The translations under genes were made by a program, and so were the position numbers. From contig NC_134026.1 in the NCBI RefSeq assembly GCF_964204645.1, positions 5,913,950 through 5,977,949 on the forward strand: a stretch of DNA of 64,000 bases, in the 5' to 3' direction. Under the pieces are notes generated by a model. It saw only the letters and a program-made list of their open reading frames with translations. It was not told the DNA's origin and did not search any database. Origin of the DNA: Tubulanus polymorphus (taxonomy: Eukaryota > Animalia > Nemertea). Positions within the stretch are counted from its first letter, which is position 1; every line of letters begins with the position of its first letter. Shown here one piece after another: positions 1 through 13,401 of this stretch.

Positions 1-771
1 CAAATCCTGAATTTTCTATTCTAATTTACTGAATAGACTGGTACGACCTAAGGCCTATAGTCTTCTTGTCATTTGGAACCGGGCTACAATGAATGATTTA
101 GGAGTTGTAGTAACTAGAATTAAGGAAATAGGGTAGGGCCTATCGTTGAACTTAATGAACTTTGTCAGCTAAGAGTTAATATATCACTATTCCCCTTGTA
201 TTCATTGAAGTATAATTCATATATGGAACTCGAAAATGTCCAGGCTTTGTTTGGCCCATACTGAAGTTTCTTTTCTTTCATTTGTGCTCATTATGAAATT
301 TTGAAAATTTCATTGGTTCATTTCAAATCTCTTCGTACCGGTATAAAGTTTTTTCTTTCCTTGAAATAAACTTGAACTGTTTACTTTGAAACAAAAGTAG
401 GTAACCATAGGTAGACTTAGTGAGATTTTGGTGCAAGAGATTCTTTACACCTTAATTGCACAGTTTGATTTATAACGTTGTTTGATTTTCACTCAGGACT
501 CATTCGTGATATTCTTGGTGTGAGCGGGTAATTAGTGATTCAAAAGGATTGGCGATAAACTAGGTGGCTTGCTGTATGTATCCTAGGCAACCGTAGGCCT
601 ATAACAGATACTTGAGTTTTATACTCTAAAGGCCTAAATGCCAAAATCACCAAAATAAGCAATGGGGCTCGCCGTCGCTATGGACACCAGGTGGCGTGTG
701 TGCGTTAGTAGCCATCGCGTATCGACTTCCGCTCACTTCCGCGCTCGATTTCCTACTTTTAAATTGTAATA

Positions 772-3569
772 ATGTCAGAGAATTACGGGTCATGGACTGT
801 ACCGAAGCTGAAACAAGAGTTAAGCCGACGAGGTGCGGTAACCTATGGGAGGAAAATCAACCTAATTGAAAGGTAATTTAAATGTCGATCATATTTCCAT
901 GCGGTTGATGGTGTTCAGTCGTTTAGTCTGCGCAAAAATGTTGCAATGATCATGGAATCAACAGTGATTTTTTGCCAAAATCATCGATGATTCTAGACCT
1001 ATGCTCAAGTGAAATGAACGTGTTTTAATAGATCCAGAGATGAAAGCTAAACCTCAGTGGGTTGTGGGTCAGGGTATAGTACAAGTTTACCGTCACCAGC
1101 CCGGGCTGCGAGGATGGCTATGGCCGGTCCCACGCGTCCCGTCCCGCGATATCTTTCATTATTTTTCGGTTTTCATGTCCGGAAAATAAACATAATGCAC
1201 ATAAAAGTCATCGATAAAACGTTTTTTAAATCACTATTTGATATTATGATTGCCTTGAGAAGTTTAGATGGCAATGTTTATATCTTGAAATGTAGGGATT
1301 ATTATCGGGATGTAGGACGCCTTGTCAGCTAACCATCGCAACAGCTGAGTTACCACTGGCGCCATCTATCGAACATGAATTGAAGCTGATGCCAAATTTT
1401 ACTGCCAATGTATCCATAAATCATTGGACATGTCTGCTGCTGTGTCTAGTCTCTATTGAATTTTTATATGTTATTGGAATTATAGTCAGAACCCTGATCA
1501 ACTTGAGGTGACGGTAAACTGAATACCTTACTTATATACCTTCTTACCACAACACAGTTGAGTTAAATACAAATCTGTATGACCATGGACGTATAGACGT
1601 CCATGCTTGGAGTAATCATTTCGATGTAACATTTCAACTCTGGGTCAACTTTCTGTTAGTTGATTGAATGATTTTTGACATTAGATGTTTATATTTCATG
1701 ATTATTTCGTGTTCATTGCAGATTAGAAGCATACGGCCGTAACAACGATTTTAGGGGACCGGCCATAACATTACCACAAGAAACAGTTCCGGAATGGCCC
1801 ACATGCGGTTTCAAACAGCTTACAAATGATCATAAGATTGTATTGCCAAAATTCAATATTGACACAGTAACTGCATATTTCACGTATAGAATGGCAATGG
1901 ACAACCACTGTACCAAAGACATTAAAGCTATTGAGAAGGGTCAGCAGCTCATAGAATCGCAACGTGTTCAAGCCTGCAGTATTCTCATCAAAAGCGGAAT
2001 TGTTTATCTGACTGGATTAGTTGGTGCTGCTATGAAAAAAAAGGTAGGCCAGTTTTATATTTCATCAAAATAACACAATATTCCCTCCTTTAAATCCACA
2101 TAAATCTGCAATACAACTGTATTCTTAAAAGGTTGTAATGTAGCAAACATTGTTGATTAGTTTATTTTTATATTTCATTGCAGATCTCATACTCGTACCA
2201 GATATCATTGTCTCAAACAACTGGTGAATTCAGAAACAGCCATTGTGAGTGCCCTGCCGGTAAGGGTCCTAATGGGACCTGTAAGCATGTCGCGGCTGTA
2301 CTTTTGATGTTTGCTAATTTTGTGTCATCAGATGGGCCTAACGCTCCCGAAATACTTAAATCGTGTACGGAAAATCTACAAACATTCCATAAGCCCAAGT
2401 CTGTTTATACTGGTAAGTTGTTTGGTTACATCGCCACCATTCAGCAAATTCGTACCCTATATATCTTATTTTTTATAAATTCTGATGTAATGGCAATGTT
2501 TTACATAATGTACTTGGTTTTCAATTTTTAGCTCGGCTGTGACCTTGTTTAAATTTACCCGTCACTTCTTAACAGGTTCCCCTGTCAAGGCTGGTGACTT
2601 ACCTCTATCAAAATCAAAGAAACGCGAGGTATCAATGGAGGATCCAAGGCCTGTGAAATACCGGAAATCAGCTGGATACGAGGATTATGTCCGGGGAATT
2701 GTCCTTAATTACTGCTCTGTATCGTCTTTAGACCTACCCATCAAGTATAAGTACAAGAAAGCCGATATCAAAACAGCAGCAATTGACCATGATTATCTGA
2801 AAAAAACTTTGCTTGAATATTGGGTGGAAAACTCTATTAAGGTAAGTTTTTAATCAACGTGTCTGAGAGTGACCTATGTTATCCTTCCCTCTGTGCTTAT
2901 AATTAATATTCCATTTTGCCTTTTCAGTTAAATGAAACACAGGCAATATTACTAGAAAGGAGTACTAGGAAGCAGGCAGAATCTAGTCAATGGTTTCAGG
3001 AAAGGCAGCTACGATTAACTGCATCTCGTTTCGGTGAAATTGTTTCGCTCACGAAAAGGCGCAATATCGACAAATTGTGTAAATCTCTTCACGATAATAT
3101 TCCGTTGAGAAATGCTGCTGTTTGCCATGGAAAGACATTCGAAAGTAAGGCGATAGCGGCTTTTGAAGGTAAATTCTCCGTTAAAGTACAGCCTTGCGGA
3201 CTTCATGTGAGGCCAGATATAGATTATCTAGGCGCGAGCCCAGATGGCCTTGTGTCTGAGGATGCCATTGTTGAAGTGAAATGTCCGTATCGCGGTAGAA
3301 ATGAACTTATTGCTCCGGGGCCATACTTCAAGTTTCTTAGTGCAAAAGATAAGAAGCTGAAACGTTCGCATAATTACTATGATCAGATTCAAGGACAGTT
3401 GCATATTTGCAAACGGAAAATGTGCTATTTCGTTGTTTATACTCATAAGGACCTTTATGTAGAGAGGGTTTATCATGATCAAAAACACTGTGAACTATCT
3501 CTGCTTCCAAAATTAGAAATCTTTTATAGGAAGTACTATTCAAAGTATTTAACAATGCATGCGTTCTAA
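772..3569 (+). CDS. Transposon accessory protein: SAP domain + SWIM zinc finger + YqaJ/lambda-exonuclease-like domain (5 exons)
   Basis: Exons 772-872, 1722-2043, 2184-2412, 2576-2841, 2928-3569, all GT-AG and phase-compatible. Motifs: SAP-like YGSWTVPKLKQELSRRGAVTYGRKINLIERL; SWIM CECPAG...CKHVAAVL; YqaJ WFQERQLRLTASRFG, LGASPDGLV, VEVKCPY, YYDQIQGQL. Confidence 0.88.
1079..1526. mobile_element. MITE-like insertion in intron 1 of the exonuclease gene
   Basis: Inverted repeat AGTTTACCGTCACC (1084-1097) / GGTGACGGTAAACT (1507-1520). No clear TSD. Confidence 0.5.
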
Positions 3570-4362
3570 AACATCTAGATTATTCCTGGAGATATAGATC
3601 GGATATTTTCCGAAGATTCCATAGTTTTTGGCATTAATATCTTCATACAACTAAATTTGTAAATACATGTACATCCCAATTGTATGATATAGATTTCATG
3701 TCAATATCGGCTTACTATTTGTTGATACTTTTAAGTTTTAATATTTTTTATCATCTATTATCAATATTTTTTATCATATATAGTTATTTCAAACAGATAT
3801 ACTTGTCAGGTTGTGTAGTTATATGCATAATTACTGACGATGGTGGGTCAAAAGTTTGAAAATTAATGATTTACTCCTTTTCTGACCATATTTCATTACC
3901 ATGATTATTTATTATTTCATTATGTGCTGCGCCTGACTATGGCATGAATGCTTTAGTCCCAAAACTCAAACTCTTCCATTTTACATAAAATATCTGTGTT
4001 ATCATGCATTTTAAAAAGATTTTATGTAGCGTTGTTGTATTTTTGGTTTTTACCAGTTTTAAATCAATAAAAGGGTTTGTTACTGGAATGAAAATTAGTT
4101 TGTCCTTTGAATTGAAAACACTGCAAAAGAGTGGATTAAGTCAAAGTGAAATAGGTTATATTGCGCACAGATTTTGAATATCAACGACAGACAATTAATT
4201 ACAGTCCAGGCCCATAATTGATATCTAAGAATTTGGGATTTACCTAAATAATCTATTAAGAGAAACAATGATGTTTCTTTAAAGCAGGGGTTTCGATGAA
4301 TCTCAAAACAAAACTCAAAAATATATACTTTAGATATCAATTAACAGACATTAACAATAAGG

Positions 4363-6065
4363 TTAAGCAAATTCGTTCACAATAGCTGGTCTGAAATTGC
4401 TTATACTGAAACAAACATAAACTATCCTAGAACCCATATTGACTTTACTAAGCGGCAGGTCTTTTTTCAAAATAAGAAAAGTTTTTGACAATCCGATTAC
4501 TCTTTCTACTTGGATGCGTTTACTGGCTACTCTACGATCATGAACTACTTGTTCAGGTTCAAGTTGACTCTTGCCCTTCAATAAAGTTGGGGTGTTCACC
4601 TTAATGTTCTTGGTAGCAAAAAGATCTTGTACCATTATACCTCTATCGGCCATGATGCTGTCATTCGAGCTGAAGTATTTTGAGGTGTTTGAACACAGCT
4701 GGGATCGTTCAATGATTTGTCGGTCACTTGTTGAACCCGCATAACTTTCACTTACATAACTAACGACCCCTCTCGGTGATATTCCAACCATAGTTTTAAG
4801 CGTGTTCTTATGTTTGTATGTGCTGAAAGTTGCAGTTTGAGATTTTACATTCGACGGCTTTTCAATTGGAATCTCTGTAGCATCTAAAATAACTCTGGTT
4901 GACGGAAAATGATGCTTAAAGCCACTGGGCATGAAACAGTCTATCTCTTCTCTCTCTGGCCATGTATTGATTTCACTTAATTGGAAATACATGAAGTTTA
5001 CCCAGGTTAACACAATCCTAGAAACTACACTCTCTGATATGCCGAACAGAATACTCAGTTCTATATCTTCCTTGGCACGCCTTAATTTGATTAATGTCAA
5101 GAAAAATTGATTGACCGGTGTTAGTTTCTGACATTTGTAATTCAAATCGTACGCAGCAGGTCCTAGTACACTGAAAAACATCATCAAATGTTCATAGTCT
5201 TTAAAACTGGTGTAATATTTGATCGACCTAGGATCCACCATAAATCTCTCGATACAGAAAAATTGATCTGAAAGGAGGGAACACTGAATATTCTTATCCA
5301 AGTTAGTGTTTTTATTGGTTGGTTCCTCTATTATGTCCATTCTGTAATTGCTGGTATGTTGTAGGCCTATTTCAACTTCAGTGGCTATGTCATGGTGTAC
5401 AGGTTCTTCCTCCAGTTTTAATCTTCGCCGACTGGCTCTACTTTCTCTCTCTGAATCTGAGGAAACTGGTGGTGTGAAGGCAAATATACGCGGAATGGCA
5501 TTCTCTTTTAATTTTCTTCTAGAACCTGAAACACATAAAGAAAAAAACATATTTCTACTCAAAGATCAACAGCTGCCAGTCAAGTCAACAACCTTTAAAT
5601 TAAAAAGATAAATCTACCACATAAATTATTAGGCCTATTGTTGTTATTATCATAATTGAGTTATATCATTATCCTGTTATCAACAAACTACTATGATGAT
5701 ATGAAAATAAGCGCCTGGCTTTTTAAAAAAAGTTCAAAACATCGACATTGCATAATATCGATAGGCCCAAGCTGAGGCCTAAACGAATCAGCCTGCCTTG
5801 GATCTTGACCGCTTATTTCACCTTAGTTGGAAAACTCAATAGGAAAGCCATATTTACCGGTAAGTGTCTGTTTATAGTCCGTTGGTAAAAAATGTCGATG
5901 GCATACGATAGCTGTATCCGATGGCTGCCATAATTTTGCAGATTTCTCGCTACTCTGTAGTCGTTTTATCGCAACAAGCCATTTCATTTTCAAATCTGTG
6001 TTCGTAGGGAACTTAAATCCGCCTACTCTTGACTTACAAAGGGGTACACAACAATAGCGAGGCAT
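4363..6065 (-). CDS. THAP zinc finger + HTH + DDE (Harbinger/IS5-like) transposase, 2 exons, ~456 aa
   Basis: Exon 1 6065-5858 (THAP: MPRYCCVPLC...FKFP...W...VCHRHF) and exon 2 5525-4363 joined by a phase-1 GT-AG intron, completing the THAP box LKENAIPRIF. Catalytic triad in VILDATE / IMADRG / QVERVIG. Confidence 0.92.
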
Positions 6066-6251
6066 TATAATAGATTCAAGCGCTTTTCAAATCGTCAATT
6101 CGCTCGAACGCGGAGATGAATAAAATGTTGTTTACAATTCAAATTCAAATCACTAGGGCCACTAACACGCGCGCGCCATCTCGCGGCAGCGCTCAGCGCG
6201 GCGAGCCCCATTGAATTATTATATTTTGATTATTTTAGATAATATTACAAC

Positions 6252-9200
6252 ATGGTCCTGAAAGTCGCGGTCATTGGTGCTGGGATCATAGGAGTCTCGA
6301 CAGCTCTTCGTGTTCTTGAATCAAATCCTGGAAAAGTTGACGTTCGAATATTCAGCGGTCGCCAGTCACCGTTTAATACTAGCGATGTCGCTGCTGGATT
6401 CTGGGAACCAATATACATGTCAAATACTGCCCCTGAACTTCAAAGGTTAGTCCAAAATGTCTGGCCCATAACTGTTTAAAAACTATTTGGCTATTTGGCT
6501 CTACTGGAATAATGAGTTTCAGTTTTTGTCATCGTTATTGCCAACTTTTTGCAAGCTTTGGCCGCATTAACGGATCCAGGATTTTCAGTGGGGGTGCTCC
6601 GCTCATAATCCCCCAGAAATGTTTAAGAATTAGTCAAATTTCCATGCATACTGAGTATGATTAGGCAGTGCTCGATCATCTCATATGTTTAAAATGTACA
6701 TATGTGCTTGAAAGGAAATTTTCCAAGGGGGGATGATCTAGCACCCAAAGCACGCCTGGATCCGGGCCTGTTAACAGTTGACAAGTTTGACATGGTTTCC
6801 TCACCGATAAATCCTGTTGATTTACCCAATTGCAAGCGTAGCCTTCATCCAGTTCTCACCTAGCTTTTTGTTCATTTCTGATTCTAGTCGATGGGGAGTG
6901 GAGACGTATAAATTTTTGGAGAAATATGTGAACCATGACGTTGGCAGAAATGCTGGAATTTTTTACCTATCAGGATATCAGTTATTTCCGGAACAAGAAG
7001 TCAAGGTAAAACTTGAAACTTTCTTGTCTAGCCACAAATGATAAAGTGAACTCTGACGCTTCTTTGGTATCTCTTTTGCATAGAGCCCTCCGTGGAAAGA
7101 TCTCATTCCCGACTTTCGCTTGCTAACAAGAGAGGAACTTGATAGATATCCTGGATCTAAGTAAGTAGAAATTTTTGCTTAAGAGTAATTTTTAAGATTG
7201 TTGAAACACTCAGTAAAAGTTGAAAATTGTGCATCATATGTTTATTTATCATTCAGAAGTGGGTTTTTCTTTACTTCCCTTATCGCACAAGGTTCGAAAC
7301 TAATTCCATGGTTAACTGAAAGGTAAGAACATACACGAATGTTTTGTGTTTATGAATGTAATTTATACAAGATTTTTATCCGGTGTAAATATGAGGAAGG
7401 TTTTTGCGAGATATATGTAATGCACTGACAGTTTTAACAATCAGATTATCTAGTCACTTGATATTATCTATCACAATACAGTAGAGTACGCATAAGTCAG
7501 ATAACTTGGGACTGTAATTTTTAATCCGACATCTCAATTCGGTGTTATACATATCCAGAGATTGGGGTACAGTGAAACCTCGTTGTTGATATGAGTACCT
7601 GGGGCAGTAGTGAATTATTCGTAATAACGTAGCATATAACATATATCCGTGATGTATATCGCATATTTTCATCTCAGTGCAGCTATTTTACAACTATCAC
7701 AATACTTTCATTTAAATGTATACATTCGCATGGTATATTGCAGATTTTTAGCCCTTGGTGGAAAATCAACTGTCAGAACAATAAAAAATTTGAATGAGGT
7801 AATAAGCTAGCGTAATTTTTCTGAAATGGTTTAACCGGCAATGCCAATGCGGTTAGCAAAAATTCGAATCTGCCTACTTGCTAGTGTACAGTACGATGTC
7901 AACACTGGATTTCTTCGTTAACTTAAAAATCTAACGATAATTTCTTGAATTCTACGCCTGATTTGCTTAATATTTCGATTTCGAACTGATCTCACATGTT
8001 CACTTGAAATGATCATTTATTTTCTCAGTTAGCTTTCGAATATGATATTGTGATAAACTGCTCAGGACTCGAAGCCCGACATTTAACGAGGGACGATAAA
8101 CTATTTCCAATTCGTGGACATGTACTGCGAGTGAAGGCTCCGTGGCTGAAACATTTCATATTGAGGGATACTAACCCACCGAGTTATGCGATTCCGAAGT
8201 ATGTATGACAAACCCTGGGGGATGAACCCTTCCTCAAATCTGCATGGCTAGATCTGTTTGCTCTTTATTCATGCGGAAGATCCCTACAAAAATGATTACC
8301 GTTAAGACAGTGTTGATGTGAATATTTTATCAGTATTCGATTCTTTCAGCGAAGATTGGGTTATCGTCGGTGGAACTACACACAGGGATAACTGGAGTAC
8401 AATCCCTACCGATACAGACCGAAGGTCCATATTAGAAGGCATCTCAAAACTTGTGCCAGCTTTAGCGGTGAGTCGGTCTAGATGAATGCGTGTATCACAA
8501 GATTATTAGTCTGCATGCTTTTAACGTAGGGTTTGCTAATCAGTTTATCGATATCGATTTCTTTAAAATCCCACATTGAAAAAGTGGCAGAGATGGGGCA
8601 GTGTAGTGGTTAAGATTTTCAATAGCTCTCTTTATTTACCAGGGTACCCAATTCCTTGTTGCAATCGAAGTTGACTGTGATTGATTGTGAACCGAAGTTG
8701 TCATCGACGAACATTTATAATCATTTCAGAAAGCTCCGGTGTTAGGTGAATACGTTGGACTGCGACCAGGACGAGATGAAGTGAGACTTGAAAGCGAACA
8801 TGTACAGTATGGCACGAAAAAGTTTCAGGTAAGCCTGCAGCTTGTGAGTTTATCAAGTCGTACTGAATCCATTTTCTGGTGTTTTAGCCCACTCAGGACT
8901 TAAGATCCAGTGGGCTATTGTGTTCATTATGTAAATGGAATCCAGGTAAAAGTTGGTGGTAGTACATACGGTATTGACAGGCACAATTTCTGGAGATGCA
9001 GGCTATTAACGATGCCAGCGTAAAAGGTATTCTGTTCATATTGCTGTTCACGAAGGATTTTAGATTGGATGGGTAATCTCTTTTGTTTTCGCTACCGGGG
9101 GAGTTGAATTTTCAATTATATTTACATTTGTCTATTTGCATTGGTACCTTTGCATATTCTGTTACCACAATCAATTGCAGAATTGTAGCTGATGACATGT

Positions 9201-12200
9201 TCTATGATTGTATCGTAGGACGTAAATTTTGCCTAATTCGGACTTAGACTTACCTGGACTCCCTAATGTATTTTCCGATCCTTAACTCTCTGCCTAATTA
9301 GGGAAGTTAGTCTTCAGAATAGCAAAAATACTTATAGAGGGCAGCACTATTGGGCGATTATAATCAAATTGATATTTCTTGGTTCGAAATTTGCATGTAA
9401 AAAAATAGATAATATATAATAGTGCAACTTAACGGCAGAGAAAAACGATTTAGATTGCGGACCCTTTGTCTTCGGCGGATAAATACCATAGTAACAATGA
9501 ACTTATAATTTATTTTCACTATGTCAACTATCTACTGGTTAGCGGTTACTTTGTGGTTTTGTTATAATAAATTATTGTGGGATCGAATTGCGGGAATTAT
9601 CTACTGGTTAACTAACTGTAACAAACTTTTGAGCAACTAGCCCCTGGCCTATATTCAAGCCGCCCTTAACCTCTTCCTATCAGAAGAAAAATAGGGACAT
9701 ACAGTTTTAAAAAGAAATACAGCCGGCTATAGACCCCCGTATCAATCATTCCGTATTGAATATGGAACATTTTTCGCGTTCGAATGAGAAGATCGATCTA
9801 TTTCGAAAAAATGCATTTCGTCTATGAAATCATAACAATGCCGTGCCAGCCGCATCGAAGCGCAGTCAATATTCTTGTCGAATCTGTGATTACGCATAAT
9901 CTGAAACGTTCGCAGCCCGTAAAAACTGTATTTCGAAATCTTTATTTCATTACACACGATCGATGAAAATTCGAGCGTACGCGTATAAATCTTTTCGTTT
10001 TCACAATACAATCGCGGCGGCAATCTTCTATATGCATAATAACGGCGACAGCTGTCCAACAGTCCCGCTGTCATTCTATCTGTGTTCCGTGCGTACTTCT
10101 AGTAATAATCATATAATGCCGTTGTCGTCGTGTACACTGCTCCACGTACAGACAGGCTTCGTGTGTGTTATATTATTAGCTTACAGATGTTTTTCTTTCG
10201 AGAAACGATTTAATAACCGAAGAATAATCGTAATGTTCGTCGTCGTCGTATTCATGTAAATTTAACCGATTTGAATTTCAAATATACTTTATTCGTGGGC
10301 AAGATTATGATTTTCAGTAATAGGAAATGATGAATACGAATAGCAAATAGAAGATGAACATTTTACAGAATGCACAGCTTTCTTTTTTTTCATAACTAAT
10401 TTTCCCCAATGCGTTGAATCACTTCTGTTTTCTGCCCACTTGTTCACTTTTTAGCTGTCCATCTGTAGTCAGAAAATCGTTTTTTTGGCATTTGGTGTAT
10501 GGTCCTTGATATTTGGTTCATATATGCAGTGTTCTGCAAAATCGACACTTCTTGCAAGTTTTCACGGGAAATTTCCAAGATGCTTTGATCAATTGTCGAT
10601 CCTCCTAGGACCCAACATCATTATGCAAGAAAAATGTGTGGAGCGGAAACAAGAAGGCTTCTTGTCTTGGTCCGAAATAAGATCATTTTAAGTCCGCAAA
10701 ATTTTAGCTTATGACATGTTCTGTAATTGCGGTGAACTTCAAGGTCATTTATGTATATGTTTATCAGGGGCGATTGATATTGAAATTGTCAGATTATCAA
10801 GCGTTTATGACCACTTTCGTTTCCGAGTGGACCCATAGTTTGGTAATTCTTATTCAATTTTTAGTGAGACATCTGACACATTCAAAAAGCTTTTTAAGTA
10901 TATTCGCTTCCATCCTAAGAGCTGAGTCGAATAGTGATATAATTCATGAGGTATATGCCACAAGCTTGCCAAGTATAGAATAAAACTAAAAATTTATTCC
11001 ATCGAGTCCATGCCCCAGGCTACAATTTTTTCGATCTATTGATAATTAATGGAGCATCTATGCCATTTCTATTACAAGCTCCATTTCTTGAATCACATTA
11101 TTTAGTGATAACACTCAATATTTCACTGACCAGCACCATCATCTGTCAAATTATATTCAATTTCATTCACCAACTTAGAAATATACTTGTTCAGTTTTGT
11201 TTTTCATTGCCATTCAAACCTTGATTCAAAGATTTCTTTTTCATTCTCATTAAGTCAGCTGTATTGTGAATCAAAGAGTGATTATGTGGAATGAACTTTG
11301 TTAGCTATGTTTATTACATGCGTGATCTGCACCTGTTAGATCTGATTGAATTCAAAACCTCAGCTGCCAGTACTCTGACTGACTTCTCAAATGCACTAGC
11401 TATACCCCTATTGAATATATTTCTTTACGCAGTAAAACCTCCCTCGGTGAAACCCCCTCCGTAGTGAACATCTCCCCATTGTAACGATTAGGAAATGACT
11501 GTGAAATTACGTGCATTCGCTGGGGATCGAACTCGAACCCGGGGCCTGTTGCGTAGAAAACAAGCATGCTAACCAGCAGACCAATAGAACTACCTCGCTT
11601 GGCCAGTGGTTATACAGCTTGTCGTATATGCGTAACACCATTCTAGAAACCAACCAATATTTTTGTCAAGTTGTAATTTTGATGAAATACAATGATATTA
11701 TTAGAGAATATTTTTTTCTTAACCACAATCAATTGTATTATTCTTCCACTTTAGAAACAAGGGGCCCGGGGAGACCTCTAAATGCTTGTATGTGATTCGA
11801 TGTACGTGTTGACTCTAGTTTATACATCCATGTGATGCCAAGCTCAAAATCGCCACCTAACAGTGTTTAGAGGCCATTCAACAAGTATTAGTTTTGCAAT
11901 ATGTGCAATATATCCTCTGCATTGTTTAACATAGTTATCATTGAAGTCAGATGCATCACTTCGGTCAACTTCACTCAATGGCCATTTGGTTCATTCTGTT
12001 ACTAGTTGGCAACTTGTAATTTTCAAATGGCAATTGGTCACCAGCTGTAGTAATTAACACACTTGGATCGACTTGTCAAATTGTCATATTTACAAGTGGT
12101 CACCAGCTTGGTCATTCTTTGCGGTTAATCCGTGGAGTGCAGTTTATAAAAGATCACTCTAAGCATAAATCCTTCATTCCCTCAAAATGCTGATTGATTT

Positions 12201-12569
12201 CTGGCTCATTATCTGGTGACATATGCAATAAGTAATTATGATGTGAGTCAATTACCTTAACCTGCACCCAGTTCAAAGGTGAACTTACAAGTCACTGTAT
12301 ACACAAAACAGATATAAGTGGGTATAGGATTCCAACCACTCTGGTGGAAAATCCTGATACACACATTATACAGGCTTCATCTTAACATCAAGATTTCATA
12401 CGTTTATTCTAATCTGTTTAATAGATTGTAAATTTTCATTTTGTAGGTTATCCACAACTATGGCCATGGCGGAGGAGGCTTGTCTGTGTTCTGGGGTTGT
12501 GCCGGTGATGTAAACAATTTAGTTCAAGACACCATAAAACAGCGTGGAACGCTTCATTCGAAAATGTAG
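6252..12569 (+). CDS. DDO: D-aspartate oxidase / D-amino-acid oxidase family flavoenzyme, 9 exons, 339 aa, peroxisomal
   Basis: Exons 6252-6445, 6888-7005, 7084-7160, 7257-7322, 7744-7798, 8029-8198, 8350-8467, 8730-8828, 12447-12569 (1020 nt, open). Motifs: VAVIGAGIIG (FAD binding), TSDVAAG, VINCSG, PIRGHV, GLRPGR, HNYGHGGGGLSVFWGCA, C-terminal SKM (PTS1 variant). Family is clear; DDO versus DAO is not settled. Confidence 0.9.
6565..6770. mobile_element. Degenerate GGATCC-type MITE in oxidase intron 1
   Basis: CGGATCCAGG...CCTGGATCCG inverted repeat, resembling the elements at 18581, 19931 and 57507. Left end decayed. Confidence 0.45.
11512..11594 (-). repeat. tRNA-derived segment (SINE head or tRNA pseudogene)
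   Basis: Minus strand has an A-box-like TGGTCTGCTGGTTAG and a duplicated B-box-like GGTTCGAGTTCGATCC. No clean acceptor stem. Confidence 0.5.
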
Positions 12570-13219
12570 TCTCTATTTACTGTAGTGATAACTTAAGCGG
12601 AGCTGCCAATTAATTGTTCCTGATTTTCAGTTTTGATTTGTTTGTGATGTTACTGTTGTTGATTACTGATTGATTTGAACATTTTCTTTCATATTTCGTT
12701 AAGATGTTACTAGAAAAAATACAATTTGTTACTGATAGCATTTTTCATAGATTGGCAGCCCTGATTAGCTGAAGTTAACTTGTTAAATTATTCAACATAA
12801 ATCTCGGGATGTTTATGGCGATTCTGGTCCTAGGGATTCATAGTCGATGTTAGCCTTTTCCTTTTCGATATTTTACGAATTTTGTCTGGCCAGCTCTATG
12901 ATCGTTCAAATGCTCAAGCTATTTTTGTACCCAATGTTATTGTACATTTTCCCTCCGAAAATAAGATTGTAAACTGATTATTGACCGTCCACCAGTCTTT
13001 CGCGCAAGTCACGTCGGTCTGAAATTCTTGTCCTAAATACTGGTGTTATTTTATTATTTTAATTTCGGTAGAAATACCGTGCAATACCGTGCAAATATGT
13101 TCGTTATGAATTATTTTGTTTTGTTGTATCCAGTGTGAAATTTGTTCAAATTTGTTCTTTTCTTCCAACTGATTTTTTATCACATCAATAAACATTCTAC
13201 TGTTAAGGTATATAGATAA

Positions 13220-13331
13220 GGATCCAGTTCAACAGTTCTGAGTTGAATTTCACTACTAGAGTTAAAACTCTGAAAATGAACTGATTTTAACTCGTGGGTT
13301 AACTCTTAACTTACAACTGTGGAACTGGGCC
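13220..13331. mobile_element. ~110-bp MITE (family also at 27350 and 46416)
   Basis: TIRs GGATCCAGTTCAACAG / CTGTGGAACTGGGCC. Internal sequence homologous to 27350-27455. Confidence 0.7.
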
Positions 13332-13401
13332 AAGATATATTTACAGTTTTATTAATGGTCTGTCCTCAATTTTGTGATGATAATCATTGAGATTATAATG
13401 A

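Larger units (their letters stand above)
664..6209. mobile_element. Autonomous ISL2EU-type (PIF/Harbinger-related) DNA transposon
   Basis: Perfect 11-bp TIRs GGGGCTCGCCG (664-674) / CGGCGAGCCCC (6199-6209) plus imperfect subterminal inverted repeats (~690-713 vs ~6157-6180). AT duplicated on both flanks (662-663, 6210-6211). Two convergent genes (THAP-DDE transposase and YqaJ exonuclease) match the known ISL2EU organisation. Confidence 0.9.

Noticed and set aside
2916-3569. Phage or viral insertion suggested by the YqaJ recombinase-like ORF
   Set aside because: It is the last exon of a spliceosomal-intron-containing gene inside TIRs, the normal second gene of ISL2EU elements.
11512-11594. 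Functional tRNA gene
   Set aside because: Duplicated T-loop sequence and no proper acceptor stem; treated as a tRNA-derived repeat.
8829-12446. Nested gene in the 3.6-kb last intron of the oxidase
   Set aside because: Only short ORFs without motifs and no consistent exon chain; probably decayed repeats that I could not classify.
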